A DNA stretch of 32,000 nt from Halomicrobium mukohataei DSM 12286. GTDB taxonomy: Archaea; Halobacteriota; Halobacteria; Halobacteriales; Haloarculaceae. Position numbers and translations under genes: made by a program. Below the pieces are notes generated by a model that worked only from the letters and a program-made list of their open reading frames with translations, was not told the DNA's origin and did no database searches. Below are positions 23,126-31,027 of the stretch, piece after piece. The stretch spans positions 1,620,001-1,652,000 of the forward strand of contig NC_013202.1 in NCBI RefSeq assembly GCF_000023965.1, given 5' to 3'. Within the stretch, counting starts at the first letter, position 1, and the number at the start of each line of letters is the position of its first letter.

Positions 23126-23703
23126 AACACCTCCTCGGGTGTTTCGCCGTCGTCTACGGGTTCGGCGGCCGTGCTCTCCACCTCGATCGGTTCCTGCTCG
23201 TCGTCACTGTCGGAGCTGGTCGCGAGCGCCACGACCACCGCGAGCAGCACGGTCCCGACGAGGATCACCGCCCCCGAGCGGCCGCTACCACCGCTTTGAG
23301 CGTGGTCGTCCTGATCGTCCGTCCCGCTGCCGTTGGTGCTTTCACCACTGCTCTCCCCGCTCGTTTGCTGTAGCTGTTGCTCGTACTCGTCGGATTGGTC
23401 CATCTCGTCGCCCTCCTCGGGCTGCTCGTTTCCCGCTTCTGTGCCGCTGTCAACACCCTCTACTGGTGCTTCGCCCTGCTCGTCGTCCTCGTCTTCCTCG
23501 GTAGCGGCCGCTCCACCGGTGCCGGGCGGGTCGTCGTCGCTGTCACCGCTCTCGTCGACGCCCATCAGCGCCGCTCGAAGTGCTTCCATGTCCTCGTGAG
23601 CGGCGTCTTTCTTCGCGTTGATGTGCCGCCGGACACTCTCTTTGCTCTTTTCGCCGTCTTCGTTGTAGTCGCACCCCTCTGCGGGGCAAATTGGTCCTGT
23701 CAT
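23122..23703 (-). CDS. Hypothetical acidic protein with a TM segment
   Basis: N-terminal CPAEGC motif and an acidic linker containing DEQGEAPVEGVDSGTEAGNEQ. The TM segment is AVILVGTVLLAVVVALA. Confidence 0.6.
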   Translation of the reverse strand: MTGPICPAEGCDYNEDGEKSKESVRRHINAKKDAAHEDMEALRAALMGVDESGDSDDDPPGTGGAAATEEDEDDEQGEAPVEGVDSGTEAGNEQPEEGDEMDQSDEYEQQLQQTSGESSGESTNGSGTDDQDDHAQSGGSGRSGAVILVGTVLLAVVVALATSSDSDDEQEPIEVESTAAEPVDDGETPEEVF

Positions 23704-24998
23704 AACTCACTGATCGTCCCCTGTTCGGGGTCGTGAAACTGCTGCTGGTCGGTGCTCTCGGTGCCGTTCTCTGCCCCCATCGAGGGGTCGTCTCGTTCGT
23801 CGGCGAGGAGACCGCCCCGGTTGACCGGTGCTTCAGCGGTGCTTTCTCGCCCCTGAGCGGTGCGGGTATCCGCTTCGACTGCCAGTGCCGTCTGCTGGTT
23901 TTGCTGCTCTCGCTCCCCGGACAGGTCGACCTGCGCGCTTTCGGCCCCCTGAAGCACCTGCTCGTTCTCCGCTTCTGTGCTGCTGTCAGCACCCTCTACT
24001 GGTGCTTCGCCCTGCTCGTCGCTGTCAGTGCCGGCGACCACCTGCCGAATGTGCTCGCGGTCCCCCTGAGTGACGGGGTGCGAGTGGTCGCTGTGGTCGG
24101 CGTGGCACTCGTAGCAGTCGGCGGCCATCTGCCGGGCCAGGTCCATCAGGTCGGCCTGTGATCCCTCCAGCTTCTCGAAGTGAAGGGGCTGCTGGCCGAC
24201 GGTCTCCCGAATCTCGTTGATTGTTCGGGCGGCCTGCTGTGCGTGGACCCATTCGTTGGCCAGCGTTTCGAGGGCGTCGTCGACGGCGTCGAGCGCCCCG
24301 AGGTAGCCGTTCCACGCCTGCTTGAGCGCGCCCTTCTGCTTGCCCGTCAACTCCTCGGACTTGACCGCCTCGCCCTGTTCTACCTCCTCGGGCTTCGAGG
24401 GAGCCGGGCGGTCGTCCGGTGCCCGCTGGGCCAGTAGCATCTCCTGCACGTCGTCGAAGTCGTACTGGCAGGTCTCGGTGAGGAACTCGCAGGCTTCGGG
24501 ATCACCTGCCTCGCAGTGGCCCCGTGCGTGGTCGCATCGCTCGCCCTTTGCCGTCTGGGCAGCGTCAGCGGCCTTCTCGTCGGCACTCTCCTGCTCGTCG
24601 GTGCGCTTGCCGCTCTCGCGGCTGGCGTCGGCCATCACCTCGCGGTGTTCGTCGACAGTCAGAGTGCCGTCGTAGTAGCTCACCCAGTCCTCGACACCCT
24701 CGGACCGAGCGATCCCCTTGACCGCCTTCGCGTGGGGAACCGAGGCGCGTGCCTTCCCGAAGTCGATCCGGTCACGCTCGCCGTCACTGAGCGGCACCTG
24801 ACCGGGACCGTCGCTCCCTTCGCCCCGACTGTCTTCTGCTTCGAGGCGCTCGGCGTCAAGCACATGGTCCGGCGTGTCGGCGTCGGAGTAGGCGACGGTC
24901 TTCAGCCGCCGGTCGTCGTCGGTACACAGATACTCCTCGTGTCGGTCTCTCGCGGCGTCTGCCGCGTCCTTGGTTCCATACTCGATACGTGTCGTCAC
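23700..24998 (-). CDS. Large hypothetical protein with Cys/His clusters
   Basis: 432 aa with clusters CDHARGHCEAGDPEACEFLTETC and CYECHADHSDHSH. It contains DEQGEAPVEGADSSTEAENEQ, duplicated from the downstream gene. No recognisable replicase motifs were seen. Confidence 0.65.
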   Translation of the reverse strand: MTTRIEYGTKDAADAARDRHEEYLCTDDDRRLKTVAYSDADTPDHVLDAERLEAEDSRGEGSDGPGQVPLSDGERDRIDFGKARASVPHAKAVKGIARSEGVEDWVSYYDGTLTVDEHREVMADASRESGKRTDEQESADEKAADAAQTAKGERCDHARGHCEAGDPEACEFLTETCQYDFDDVQEMLLAQRAPDDRPAPSKPEEVEQGEAVKSEELTGKQKGALKQAWNGYLGALDAVDDALETLANEWVHAQQAARTINEIRETVGQQPLHFEKLEGSQADLMDLARQMAADCYECHADHSDHSHPVTQGDREHIRQVVAGTDSDEQGEAPVEGADSSTEAENEQVLQGAESAQVDLSGEREQQNQQTALAVEADTRTAQGRESTAEAPVNRGGLLADERDDPSMGAENGTESTDQQQFHDPEQGTISEL

Positions 24999-25120
24999 GG
25001 GGGAGAAGTCACCACCATACCCCTAACCGGGACGTAGAACGTGTTGGGTGGCTGGACCACTCCGAGTACGAGTATATATTCGGATACAGACTTTTTACTA
25101 ATCAGATTCTAGAAGGTTCC

Positions 25121-25390
25121 ATGTCGCAGCGGCAAGTGAGATACAACGTTGGTCGGGCGCTGTCGGACAGTCCGGTGGTGCCCCTTGGTGATGCAAAAGC
25201 GCAGGAACAGGGCGGTTCTTCGGTCTACGTGCCATATCCGCAACCCCACGCCCGGAATCAGGGCATCGAGCAGAGTAGTGAAGTGGAGCTGGCACTGCTC
25301 GCTGGGACTGGGGTTATCATGGTCGCACCGTCTGGGTTCGACTGGGATACGCTCGAAAAGCAGGGTGAGCCGTTTACTGCCGGTCAGTAG
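25121..25390 (+). CDS. Small protein, possible AbrB/SpoVT-like regulator; the only plus-strand gene in the GC-rich viral part (about 14.6-27.5 kb)
   Basis: 89 aa. GSSVYVPYPQPHARNQGIEQSSEVELALLAGTGVIMVAP resembles a looped-hinge AbrB-type strand pattern. TTTTTAC lies 25-29 nt upstream of the ATG. The gene is divergent from the 24998 gene. Confidence 0.45.
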   Translation: MSQRQVRYNVGRALSDSPVVPLGDAKAQEQGGSSVYVPYPQPHARNQGIEQSSEVELALLAGTGVIMVAPSGFDWDTLEKQGEPFTAGQ

Positions 25391-26093
25391 CCGTGCTCAC
25401 GTCGCGGCTGTTCCCGCCGTCCGCAACCGCGAATAAAGTCTGCTGTTCTTGGCGGCCTTCAACGGCTCGAAGAATGCTTTCGGATAGCTCGTGTGGGACT
25501 TTCGCACGTTCCGCTGGGTCGCGTGGGTACGGGTCTTCTGTGTTCGCACAGCCGCCGTGCGTGTTGGATTCGTGGCAGTCGTCGGCGTAGCCGCACCACC
25601 GATACTCGAAGCCCTGTGGGTGGTCTCCCCACAGGTCGGTGGGTTTCATCACGTCCTCTCCGTACTGGCAGTAGCTGACGGTGCCGGCAGGCTGACCGAG
25701 TATCCAGCGCAGCCGGCCGACGGGGTTTTCGAGGAACCAGTAGTCGGGCGAGATCGCCTTGATGAGCCCGACGATGTGGTGCGTGAGTGTGATGTGCTTC
25801 CGGGTCTTCGGGTGGTCCGGTTCCTTCGTCTCCGGGTTCCAGTACTTCTCCGACGGGCACGCCTTCGAGAACGTAGTACACGGCGGGCTGGCGAGGACGA
25901 TGTCGGCGGCCGGCAGATCTGCCGGCCGGAGGTTGAGCACGTCCGCGCAGATGTCCGGCTCGAACTCCTCTTCTATCTCAACGGTGACGACTCGCCAGTT
26001 TTCGGCGTCCTCGAAGGCCGACGAGAACCCGCCCAGGCCAGCGCAGAGGTCCAGACAGATTCGTTCAGTCCCGCTTCCAGACTGCTCAGTCAT
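25374..26093 (-). CDS. DNA (cytosine-5)-methyltransferase, compact form
   Basis: Motif I in ICLDLCAGLGGFS, motif IV in LASPPCTTFS (PC dipeptide) and motif VI-like FLENPVG. The start at MTEQSG gives an 8-nt overlap with the upstream gene. The track start at 26129 is also possible. Confidence 0.8.
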   Translation of the reverse strand: MTEQSGSGTERICLDLCAGLGGFSSAFEDAENWRVVTVEIEEEFEPDICADVLNLRPADLPAADIVLASPPCTTFSKACPSEKYWNPETKEPDHPKTRKHITLTHHIVGLIKAISPDYWFLENPVGRLRWILGQPAGTVSYCQYGEDVMKPTDLWGDHPQGFEYRWCGYADDCHESNTHGGCANTEDPYPRDPAERAKVPHELSESILRAVEGRQEQQTLFAVADGGNSRDVSTATDRQ

Positions 26094-26553
26094 CGGCCGG
26101 CGCACCTCCCTCGATGCCGAACTCGTCACGGGCGGTCAGCGGACGCACAGCAACTTTCCCGTAGACGACTGAGAGAAACGGCGTGTCGTCGAGTGGTTCC
26201 AGCACTTCCTCACGGATGATCTGTTTCGGCGTGTTCGGGTGGGTCTCCTCGCAGAGGATCGACTTCACTCGCTCTACACTGATGACCCGCTTTTGATCGC
26301 CAGCGAGTGCGAGGTAGGCGTCGGCGAGCGTCGGGTCTTCGGGGAGGAGGTACCGCGAGTCTTGCGACGACGGCAGGAATTCGTCGAGAGCATCACGGAC
26401 CACATCGCTTTTCGTGGCTCCGTGCGCTTCGATGTACTCGTCGAAACGGGCAGCGAGAGCGCCGGAAAAACGTGCTTCGGCCCGTGCCTCTGCCTTGTGC
26501 CGGTCGGCGGTCTCGGAGTCGCCGGGCAGTCGACTTCCGCGGGACCCGCTCAT
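26086..26553 (-). CDS. RHH (CopG-like) domain protein with a C-terminal extension
   Basis: RFSGALAARFDEYIEAHGATKSDVVRDALDEFL fits the strand-helix-helix RHH pattern. Confidence 0.6.
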   Translation of the reverse strand: MSGSRGSRLPGDSETADRHKAEARAEARFSGALAARFDEYIEAHGATKSDVVRDALDEFLPSSQDSRYLLPEDPTLADAYLALAGDQKRVISVERVKSILCEETHPNTPKQIIREEVLEPLDDTPFLSVVYGKVAVRPLTARDEFGIEGGAPADD

Positions 26554-26723
26554 GGTTTCCTCCGATCCGCAGATCGGGGGTCGGTTGCGGAAGCACTCGA
26601 AACGAGGGTCGGGCTAGCCCGCATCCGGGGGGTGGCTAACCTCGGGTTCGTTTCGAGTCGAGTGTATGGTGGCGGACACCCCCCCCGCATCCGCCTGAGA
26701 GAGTGTAGTGGGTGGGTCCCCCG

Positions 26724-27275
26724 TCATCGCTGAACACCTCCGACCTTCTCGCGAGCAGCGTTCAGAAGGTTCCCGATCGTACCGAAGGCGCGGTCGGTTC
26801 GGCGGGCGAAGGGACGGACGCCCTCGTCGCCAACGTCACAGTGCAGGTAGGCGTCGAGTTCGGCAGGAGTGAGGTCGGTGAGTCGTGGCCGTGGTGGTGG
26901 ATCGAAGCGGAACCACGCTGGTGGCTCGTCGTACTCACGGCCGGTCGTGAGGTGTTGCACGGTGATCCGGCCCCGAGACCACCGCCACCACAGACTGGCG
27001 AGGTGGGCGCACCAGCCGCGATACTGGCCGCTTGCACAGTCGCACTCGGCGACGAGGTGCTGGCCGTCGAGGGCGAAGGTCACGCGGTGGGGGTCATCGC
27101 TCTCCTCAAGCCAGACCATCCGCTCGGCGTCGTTGATCGGGCCGCCTCGATCGCCCTCCGTCTGCGCTCGCTGCCAGCTCTCCGAGAGCGTCCAACCCTC
27201 GGGGAACCGGAGTTGAGACGGCTCGCCGAGGCGATCGTCGAAGGTGGTCGACGGCGTGAACGTGGCTCCGCTCAT
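26724..27275 (-). CDS. SWIM zinc-finger protein with a C-terminal HTH-like segment
   Basis: CDCASGQYRGWCAHLASLWW matches the CxCx(n)CxH SWIM signature. The C-terminus LTPAELDAYLH...FARRTDRAFGTIGNLLNAAREKV is HTH-like. The start at MSGATF overlaps the upstream TGA (ATGA). Confidence 0.6.
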   Translation of the reverse strand: MSGATFTPSTTFDDRLGEPSQLRFPEGWTLSESWQRAQTEGDRGGPINDAERMVWLEESDDPHRVTFALDGQHLVAECDCASGQYRGWCAHLASLWWRWSRGRITVQHLTTGREYDEPPAWFRFDPPPRPRLTDLTPAELDAYLHCDVGDEGVRPFARRTDRAFGTIGNLLNAAREKVGGVQR

Positions 27276-27376
27276 CGTCGCCCTCCGTGGCAGTTGGGAC
27301 ACCACTCGCTCGGGATCGACGAATCGCCGCGAGTCCCGCGTCTCAACCGATTACCACAGTCGGGACAGAACCTCAT
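27272..27376 (-). CDS. Tiny zinc-ribbon ORF (34 aa), below the track cutoff
   Basis: MRFCPDCGNRLRRGTRGDSSIPSEWCPNCHGGRR has a CxxC..CxxC pattern. It has ATGA overlaps with both neighbours. Confidence 0.4.
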   Translation of the reverse strand: MRFCPDCGNRLRRGTRGDSSIPSEWCPNCHGGRR

Positions 27377-27486
27377 GGGCGGCACACCCCCTTGTCCAGG
27401 GCAGGGCACCGCTTCAGTTCGCGGTCGATGGCGAAGCCGCAGAACTGACAGATTTCTTGGCTGTCAGCGTCGGGTGCACGGCTCAC
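27373..27486 (-). CDS. Tiny Cys-rich ORF (37 aa, GTG start), below the track cutoff
   Basis: (V/M)SRAPDADSQEICQFCGFAIDRELKRCPALDKGVCRP. Its stop overlaps the next ATG. It is the first ORF inside attR. Confidence 0.3.
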   Translation of the reverse strand: MSRAPDADSQEICQFCGFAIDRELKRCPALDKGVCRP

Positions 27487-27544
27487 GCTGACCACCTCGT
27501 TTCAGTGAGAAAGCGGCGAAGAAGGCCGCTATCCTTTATTTTGG

Positions 27545-27559
27545 AGTGGGACCGCCGAG
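27545..27559 (+). repeat. attR: 15-bp core within the tRNA-Pro 3' end
   Basis: AGTGGGACCGCCGAG, identical to 8139-8153. Confidence 0.8.
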
Positions 27560-27617
27560 ATTCGAACTCAGGTCCTACCGACCCCATCGGCAGAGGATAC
27601 CACTACCCCACGGTCCC
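27547..27617 (-). tRNA. tRNA-Pro (anticodon GGG)
   Basis: Folded by hand into a 71-nt cloverleaf. Acceptor GGGACCG/CGGTCCC plus discriminator A. D-arm GGGT-AGTGGTA-TCCT. Anticodon arm TGCCG-ATGGGGT-CGGTA, with U33, GGG and G37. Variable region GGAC. T-arm CTGAG-TTCGAAT-CTCGG. No encoded CCA. Confidence 0.9.
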
Positions 27618-27640
27618 GCACTCGGGATGAGGAGGGTCCA

Positions 27641-27650
27641 CTAATTAAGG
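27641..27650 (-). promoter_or_regulatory. TATA-like box (CCTTAATTAG on the minus strand) for tRNA-Pro
   Basis: An AT-rich decamer centred about 28 nt upstream of the tRNA 5' end in GC-rich surroundings. Confidence 0.45.
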
Positions 27651-27733
27651 GCTACGCTTCGGCGTTGTGTGTGGGAGTCATCGTCTCGGTCGGGCGCGTC
27701 GAGTCGCGGCGGGTGTCGCCGCCCACAGAAGCG

Positions 27734-28633
27734 TTAGACGAGGACGCGTTCGAGTTCGACGGCGACGCCGCTGTCGGCGTCGGGGTCGCCGACCAGTCTG
27801 CCCAGACACACCGCCGCGCCGTCGGGTGTCACGCAGCACACGTCGGCACCCTGCTCGGCGTCGGTCTCGATCACGCCGGGTGCGTAGACCGGTGCGCCGT
27901 GTGCCACTTCGCGGGCGGCGCTGGGTGCGATGGTCACCGTGGGATAGCCGGCCAGGGCGCGTTCCGCGGGTGCGACGGTCTCGTGGAGCCACGTCTCGTC
28001 GTCGTTGTCGGTCCACTCGGCCAGTGCGTCGACGAGGTCCTCCATGGTGACGAGGTCGCGATCGTCGAAGTCGCCGGTCGCGGTGCGTCGGAGTTCGCCC
28101 ATGTGTGCGCCGGTCCCGAGCGCGAGCCCGATGTCGTGACAGAGCTTTCGGACGTACGTTCCAGAGCCACAGCGGACGCGCAGGAGCGCCCGGCGATCGT
28201 GGCGTTCGAGGACGTCTAGCGCGTGGATCGTCCGGCTGCGGAGCCGTCGTTTCACGGCGCTCTTGCGCGGGGGCTTCTGGTAGATTTCGCCCTCGAACTC
28301 GGCGACGATCGAGTCGAAGTCCGGCGGGGCCTGGTCGTGGAGTTCGAGAATCGTGACGTACTCTTTGACTGCGTCGTCGAACACGCGTGCCGCGCGGGCG
28401 GCGTCGCCGAGCAAGATCGGGAGACAGCCCGTGACCTTCGGGTCGAGCGTTCCGCCGTGTGCGACGCGCCCGAGCGTCCGGTCGTCGCCGGCCGCGTCGA
28501 GCGCGTCGTCGACGGCGTCCCGGACCCAGGCGGCCACCTGGTGGGCGGAGGGGCCGGGTGGCTTGTCGAGGTTGACGACGCCGAAGGTGAGCAGATCGGC
28601 GGGCGACCGGTGTTCGGGCGAGTCGCGGACCAT
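27734..28633 (-). CDS. cbf5: H/ACA RNP pseudouridine synthase Cbf5 (TruB family) with PUA domain
   Basis: Motifs seen: GVVNLDKPPGPSAHQV, AHGGTLDPKVTGCLPILLG and GTYVRKLCHDIG. The C-terminal PUA-like region reads YPTVTIAPSAAREVAHGAPVYAPGV. The ATG at 28633 lies 1 nt after the cmk stop. Confidence 0.9.
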   Translation of the reverse strand: MVRDSPEHRSPADLLTFGVVNLDKPPGPSAHQVAAWVRDAVDDALDAAGDDRTLGRVAHGGTLDPKVTGCLPILLGDAARAARVFDDAVKEYVTILELHDQAPPDFDSIVAEFEGEIYQKPPRKSAVKRRLRSRTIHALDVLERHDRRALLRVRCGSGTYVRKLCHDIGLALGTGAHMGELRRTATGDFDDRDLVTMEDLVDALAEWTDNDDETWLHETVAPAERALAGYPTVTIAPSAAREVAHGAPVYAPGVIETDAEQGADVCCVTPDGAAVCLGRLVGDPDADSGVAVELERVLV

Positions 28634-28634
28634 C

Positions 28635-29213
28635 TCAGAACTCGTAGGTGACGCCGGCCGTCGGCGCTTTCCCCTCGTCACCGTCCGGTTCGTAGGCGTC
28701 GACGGCGGCGACGATGAGCTCCTGGACGCCGGTCTCGTCCCAGCGGGCGGTGTTGATCGAGAGGTCGTAGATCGATCGGTCGTCGATGTCGATGCCGTAG
28801 TACTCCTGGTAGCGCAGTCCTTCGCTCTCGGCGCGGGCCTGCGTCTCGTCTCTGGCTTCGGTGACGGACTTCTCCTCGCGGTCGGCGATACGTTCGGCTC
28901 GCACGTCCAGTGGTGCGTCGAGCCACAACTTCAGGTCGGCGTGGTCGCCGGCCATCCAGCCGGCCAGCCGGGATTCGAGGACGAGATCGTCTTCCTCGCG
29001 AGCGGTCGATCGCAGTCGCCGGTCGAGGTCGCGGTCGATCTGGTCGTCGGACTCGGCCTGCTGGTTCAGTTCGACCAGCGAGACGCCGCGTTCCTCGGCC
29101 AGCGAGCGAAAGATGTCGCCGCCGCTGACGTGGTCGTATCCGAGCTTCTCGGCGAGGTTCGCGGCGAGCGTGCTCTTGCCGCTACCCGCCGGTCCGGAAA
29201 CGGTGATCAACAT
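28635..29213 (-). CDS. cmk: Cytidylate kinase (archaeal type)
   Basis: P-loop in [15 protein letters not shown], and [10 protein letters not shown]...[16 protein letters not shown]. The conserved adk-DUF106-cmk-cbf5 neighbourhood supports the call. Confidence 0.9.
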   Translation of the reverse strand: MLITVSGPAGSGKSTLAANLAEKLGYDHVSGGDIFRSLAEERGVSLVELNQQAESDDQIDRDLDRRLRSTAREEDDLVLESRLAGWMAGDHADLKLWLDAPLDVRAERIADREEKSVTEARDETQARAESEGLRYQEYYGIDIDDRSIYDLSINTARWDETGVQELIVAAVDAYEPDGDEGKAPTAGVTYEF

Positions 29214-29276
29214 GTATCGACTGGTGAGGGCGCGAATAAAGAGGCTGTCTGTTTCCGGTCGCGTTCGCGGTGTCGG

Positions 29277-30191
29277 CTACCCCGTCGGCGAGGTCTGGAC
29301 GTTCAGTGCCTTCCGGAGCAGCTGGCTGAACCCGAGCGAGCACAGGAAGTACCAGAGGATCCAGGCCTGGAGCGGCCCGAGGACACCCTGTTGCCAGTTC
29401 GAGACCTCGCCCACCAGCGGAAGCACCATCACGGTCTCTGCGGCCTCGATGTGACCGTCGCGGATCATCCAGTACATCCAGAGGAAGGCGGGGATCGTCA
29501 GTAGCATGATCCACACCATCGGGCGGAACTGGGCTTTGAACATGCCCAGCTGGTCGCCCATCGCCTCCATCTGCTCTTGCTGGATCTCGTCGAGGGCTTC
29601 GTCGTCGCCGCGCTCTTTGGCGGCCTCACGGCGGTCCTGCAGATCCTGCATCTTCTCTTGGTACTTCCCCATGACTTCCGAGTCCATGAGGTTGTCCTGG
29701 AGGAGTGTCGACCAGAGACCGGTCATGATCGCCAGCACGAGGATGACGACGTAGAACGGAACCACGTCGTTGAGCGGCCCCAGTACGATGTCGATCGTGC
29801 CGCCGACGAGTGCGCGCACGTCCTGTTGCATGTAGCCGGCGAACAGGCCCACGGTGACCAGGGCCGCGCCCTTGTCGTAACTGGTCCAGTTGACGCCCTC
29901 GTCGTCGCCGTCGCTGTCGCCGCTGGTGGCCGCGGCGGCCTCGACGCTGTCTTCGCCGAGCGCGTCGCGGATCCCGTCGGGGTCGCTGAGGACGAACCCT
30001 GCGCCGTCGGCGTCGACCAGCAGCCCCTTCTCGATGAGCCGGCCCCACTGACCGCTCGTGAGATCGTCGCTCACGTCGGCCCAGGAGACGGTTCCCTGCT
30101 CCTCGGCGACGGCGAGGACGGTCGCCAGTGCGTCGGTCATGTCCTCGCCCTCGCTGGCGAGCGACTCTACTTTCTGGGCGGTACGTGCCAT
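29277..30191 (-). CDS. DUF106 (EMC3/TMCO1-like, archaeal YidC/Oxa1-type) membrane protein with an N-terminal acidic extension
   Basis: TM-coiled coil-TM-TM layout (VVPFYVVILVLAIMTGLWSTLLQ...KYQEKMQDLQDRREAAKERGD...FRPMVWIMLLTIPAFLWMYW). Its position between adk and cmk is canonical. Confidence 0.75.
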   Translation of the reverse strand: MARTAQKVESLASEGEDMTDALATVLAVAEEQGTVSWADVSDDLTSGQWGRLIEKGLLVDADGAGFVLSDPDGIRDALGEDSVEAAAATSGDSDGDDEGVNWTSYDKGAALVTVGLFAGYMQQDVRALVGGTIDIVLGPLNDVVPFYVVILVLAIMTGLWSTLLQDNLMDSEVMGKYQEKMQDLQDRREAAKERGDDEALDEIQQEQMEAMGDQLGMFKAQFRPMVWIMLLTIPAFLWMYWMIRDGHIEAAETVMVLPLVGEVSNWQQGVLGPLQAWILWYFLCSLGFSQLLRKALNVQTSPTG

Positions 30192-30230
30192 TCGTGTACT
30201 ACTCTACAGCGGCGAGCCCTTATGAACGTT

Positions 30231-30881
30231 TTACTCGACGCGCGCGTCGATGGCGTCCTGGATGTCGGCCCAGACCTCGTCGGGGGTCTGCTCGCCGTCG
30301 ACGGCGACGAAGGCGTCGTCGCCCTCGTAGTGATCGATCACCGGTCGGGTGTTCTCGTCGAACACGTCCAGTCGGTTGCGCACGGACTCCTCGTTGTCGT
30401 CGTCGCGCTGGATCAGGTCGCCGCCACAGTCGTCACAGACGCCGTCTTCCGCGGGCGGACTGAACTCGACGTGGTAGTTCGTGCCACAGTCGTCACACAC
30501 CCGACGGCCGGTGAGTCGGTCGACCAGTTCCTCCCGAGCGACCGACAGCGAGAGGATCACGTCGAGGTCGGTCATGTCTGCCAGTTCCTCGGCCTGTTCG
30601 AGGTTGCGCGGGTAGCCGTCCAGGACGAAGCCGTCGGCCTGAGAGAGGGCCTCGTCGACGATGGCGTTGACGACTTTGTCCGGCACGAGGTCACCAGCGT
30701 CCATGTACGCGCCCGGCGTGTCGTACTCCGTGTCCATGTCGGAGATGTCCATCTCCTTGTTGCCACGGAGCGCGTCGCCGGTCGTGACGTGCTCGACGCC
30801 GTAGGTCTCGGCGATGTTGCTCGATTGCGTGCCCTTGCCCGCACCCGGCGGACCCAGAATCAGGATTCGTGGTGCTGCCAT
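30231..30881 (-). CDS. adk: Adenylate kinase (zinc-lid type)
   Basis: P-loop in [16 protein letters not shown], then GDLVPD, then a lid with CDDCGTNYH...CDDCGG. The internal ATG at 30881 was chosen. The track's 5' extension is not protein-like. Confidence 0.9.
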   Translation of the reverse strand: MAAPRILILGPPGAGKGTQSSNIAETYGVEHVTTGDALRGNKEMDISDMDTEYDTPGAYMDAGDLVPDKVVNAIVDEALSQADGFVLDGYPRNLEQAEELADMTDLDVILSLSVAREELVDRLTGRRVCDDCGTNYHVEFSPPAEDGVCDDCGGDLIQRDDDNEESVRNRLDVFDENTRPVIDHYEGDDAFVAVDGEQTPDEVWADIQDAIDARVE

Positions 30882-31027
30882 GCCCGACGATTCTGTGGCG
30901 TGCAATAAATGATTGTCCAAACGGTTCGACGGCTCGACCGACTGTCGCGCCTCTGTGGATCGGTACGGTAACTTCTTGCGTCCCCGGTGGTCGAAAGTAC
31001 TATCCCCGGTCATGTGTAGGGAGGGAT

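Larger units (their letters stand above)
8139..27559. mobile_element. Integrated virus-like element (about 19.4 kb) in tRNA-Pro(GGG)
   Basis: Bounded by the 15-bp direct repeat. Contents include an integrase, a packaging ATPase, capsid-sized ORFs, a methyltransferase, TA modules and an IS. Conserved housekeeping genes resume immediately beyond the tRNA. Confidence 0.8.

Noticed and set aside
22575-23504. 309-aa plus-strand Ser-rich ORF
   Set aside because: It is the antisense reading of GA(C/G)-rich acidic codons, which gives poly-Ser/Ala/Arg. This is an artefact.
26741-26749. Third partial copy (CTGAACACC) of the 15-nt upstream motif
   Set aside because: Only 9 nt match, it lies inside a coding region, and it has no positional relationship to a start codon. 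It is likely chance.
27665-30908. Long plus-strand ORFs (184, 383 and 443 aa) across cbf5, cmk, DUF106 and adk
   Set aside because: They are antisense to four well-recognised conserved genes. Their composition is V/G/R/D-rich and typical of antisense frames.
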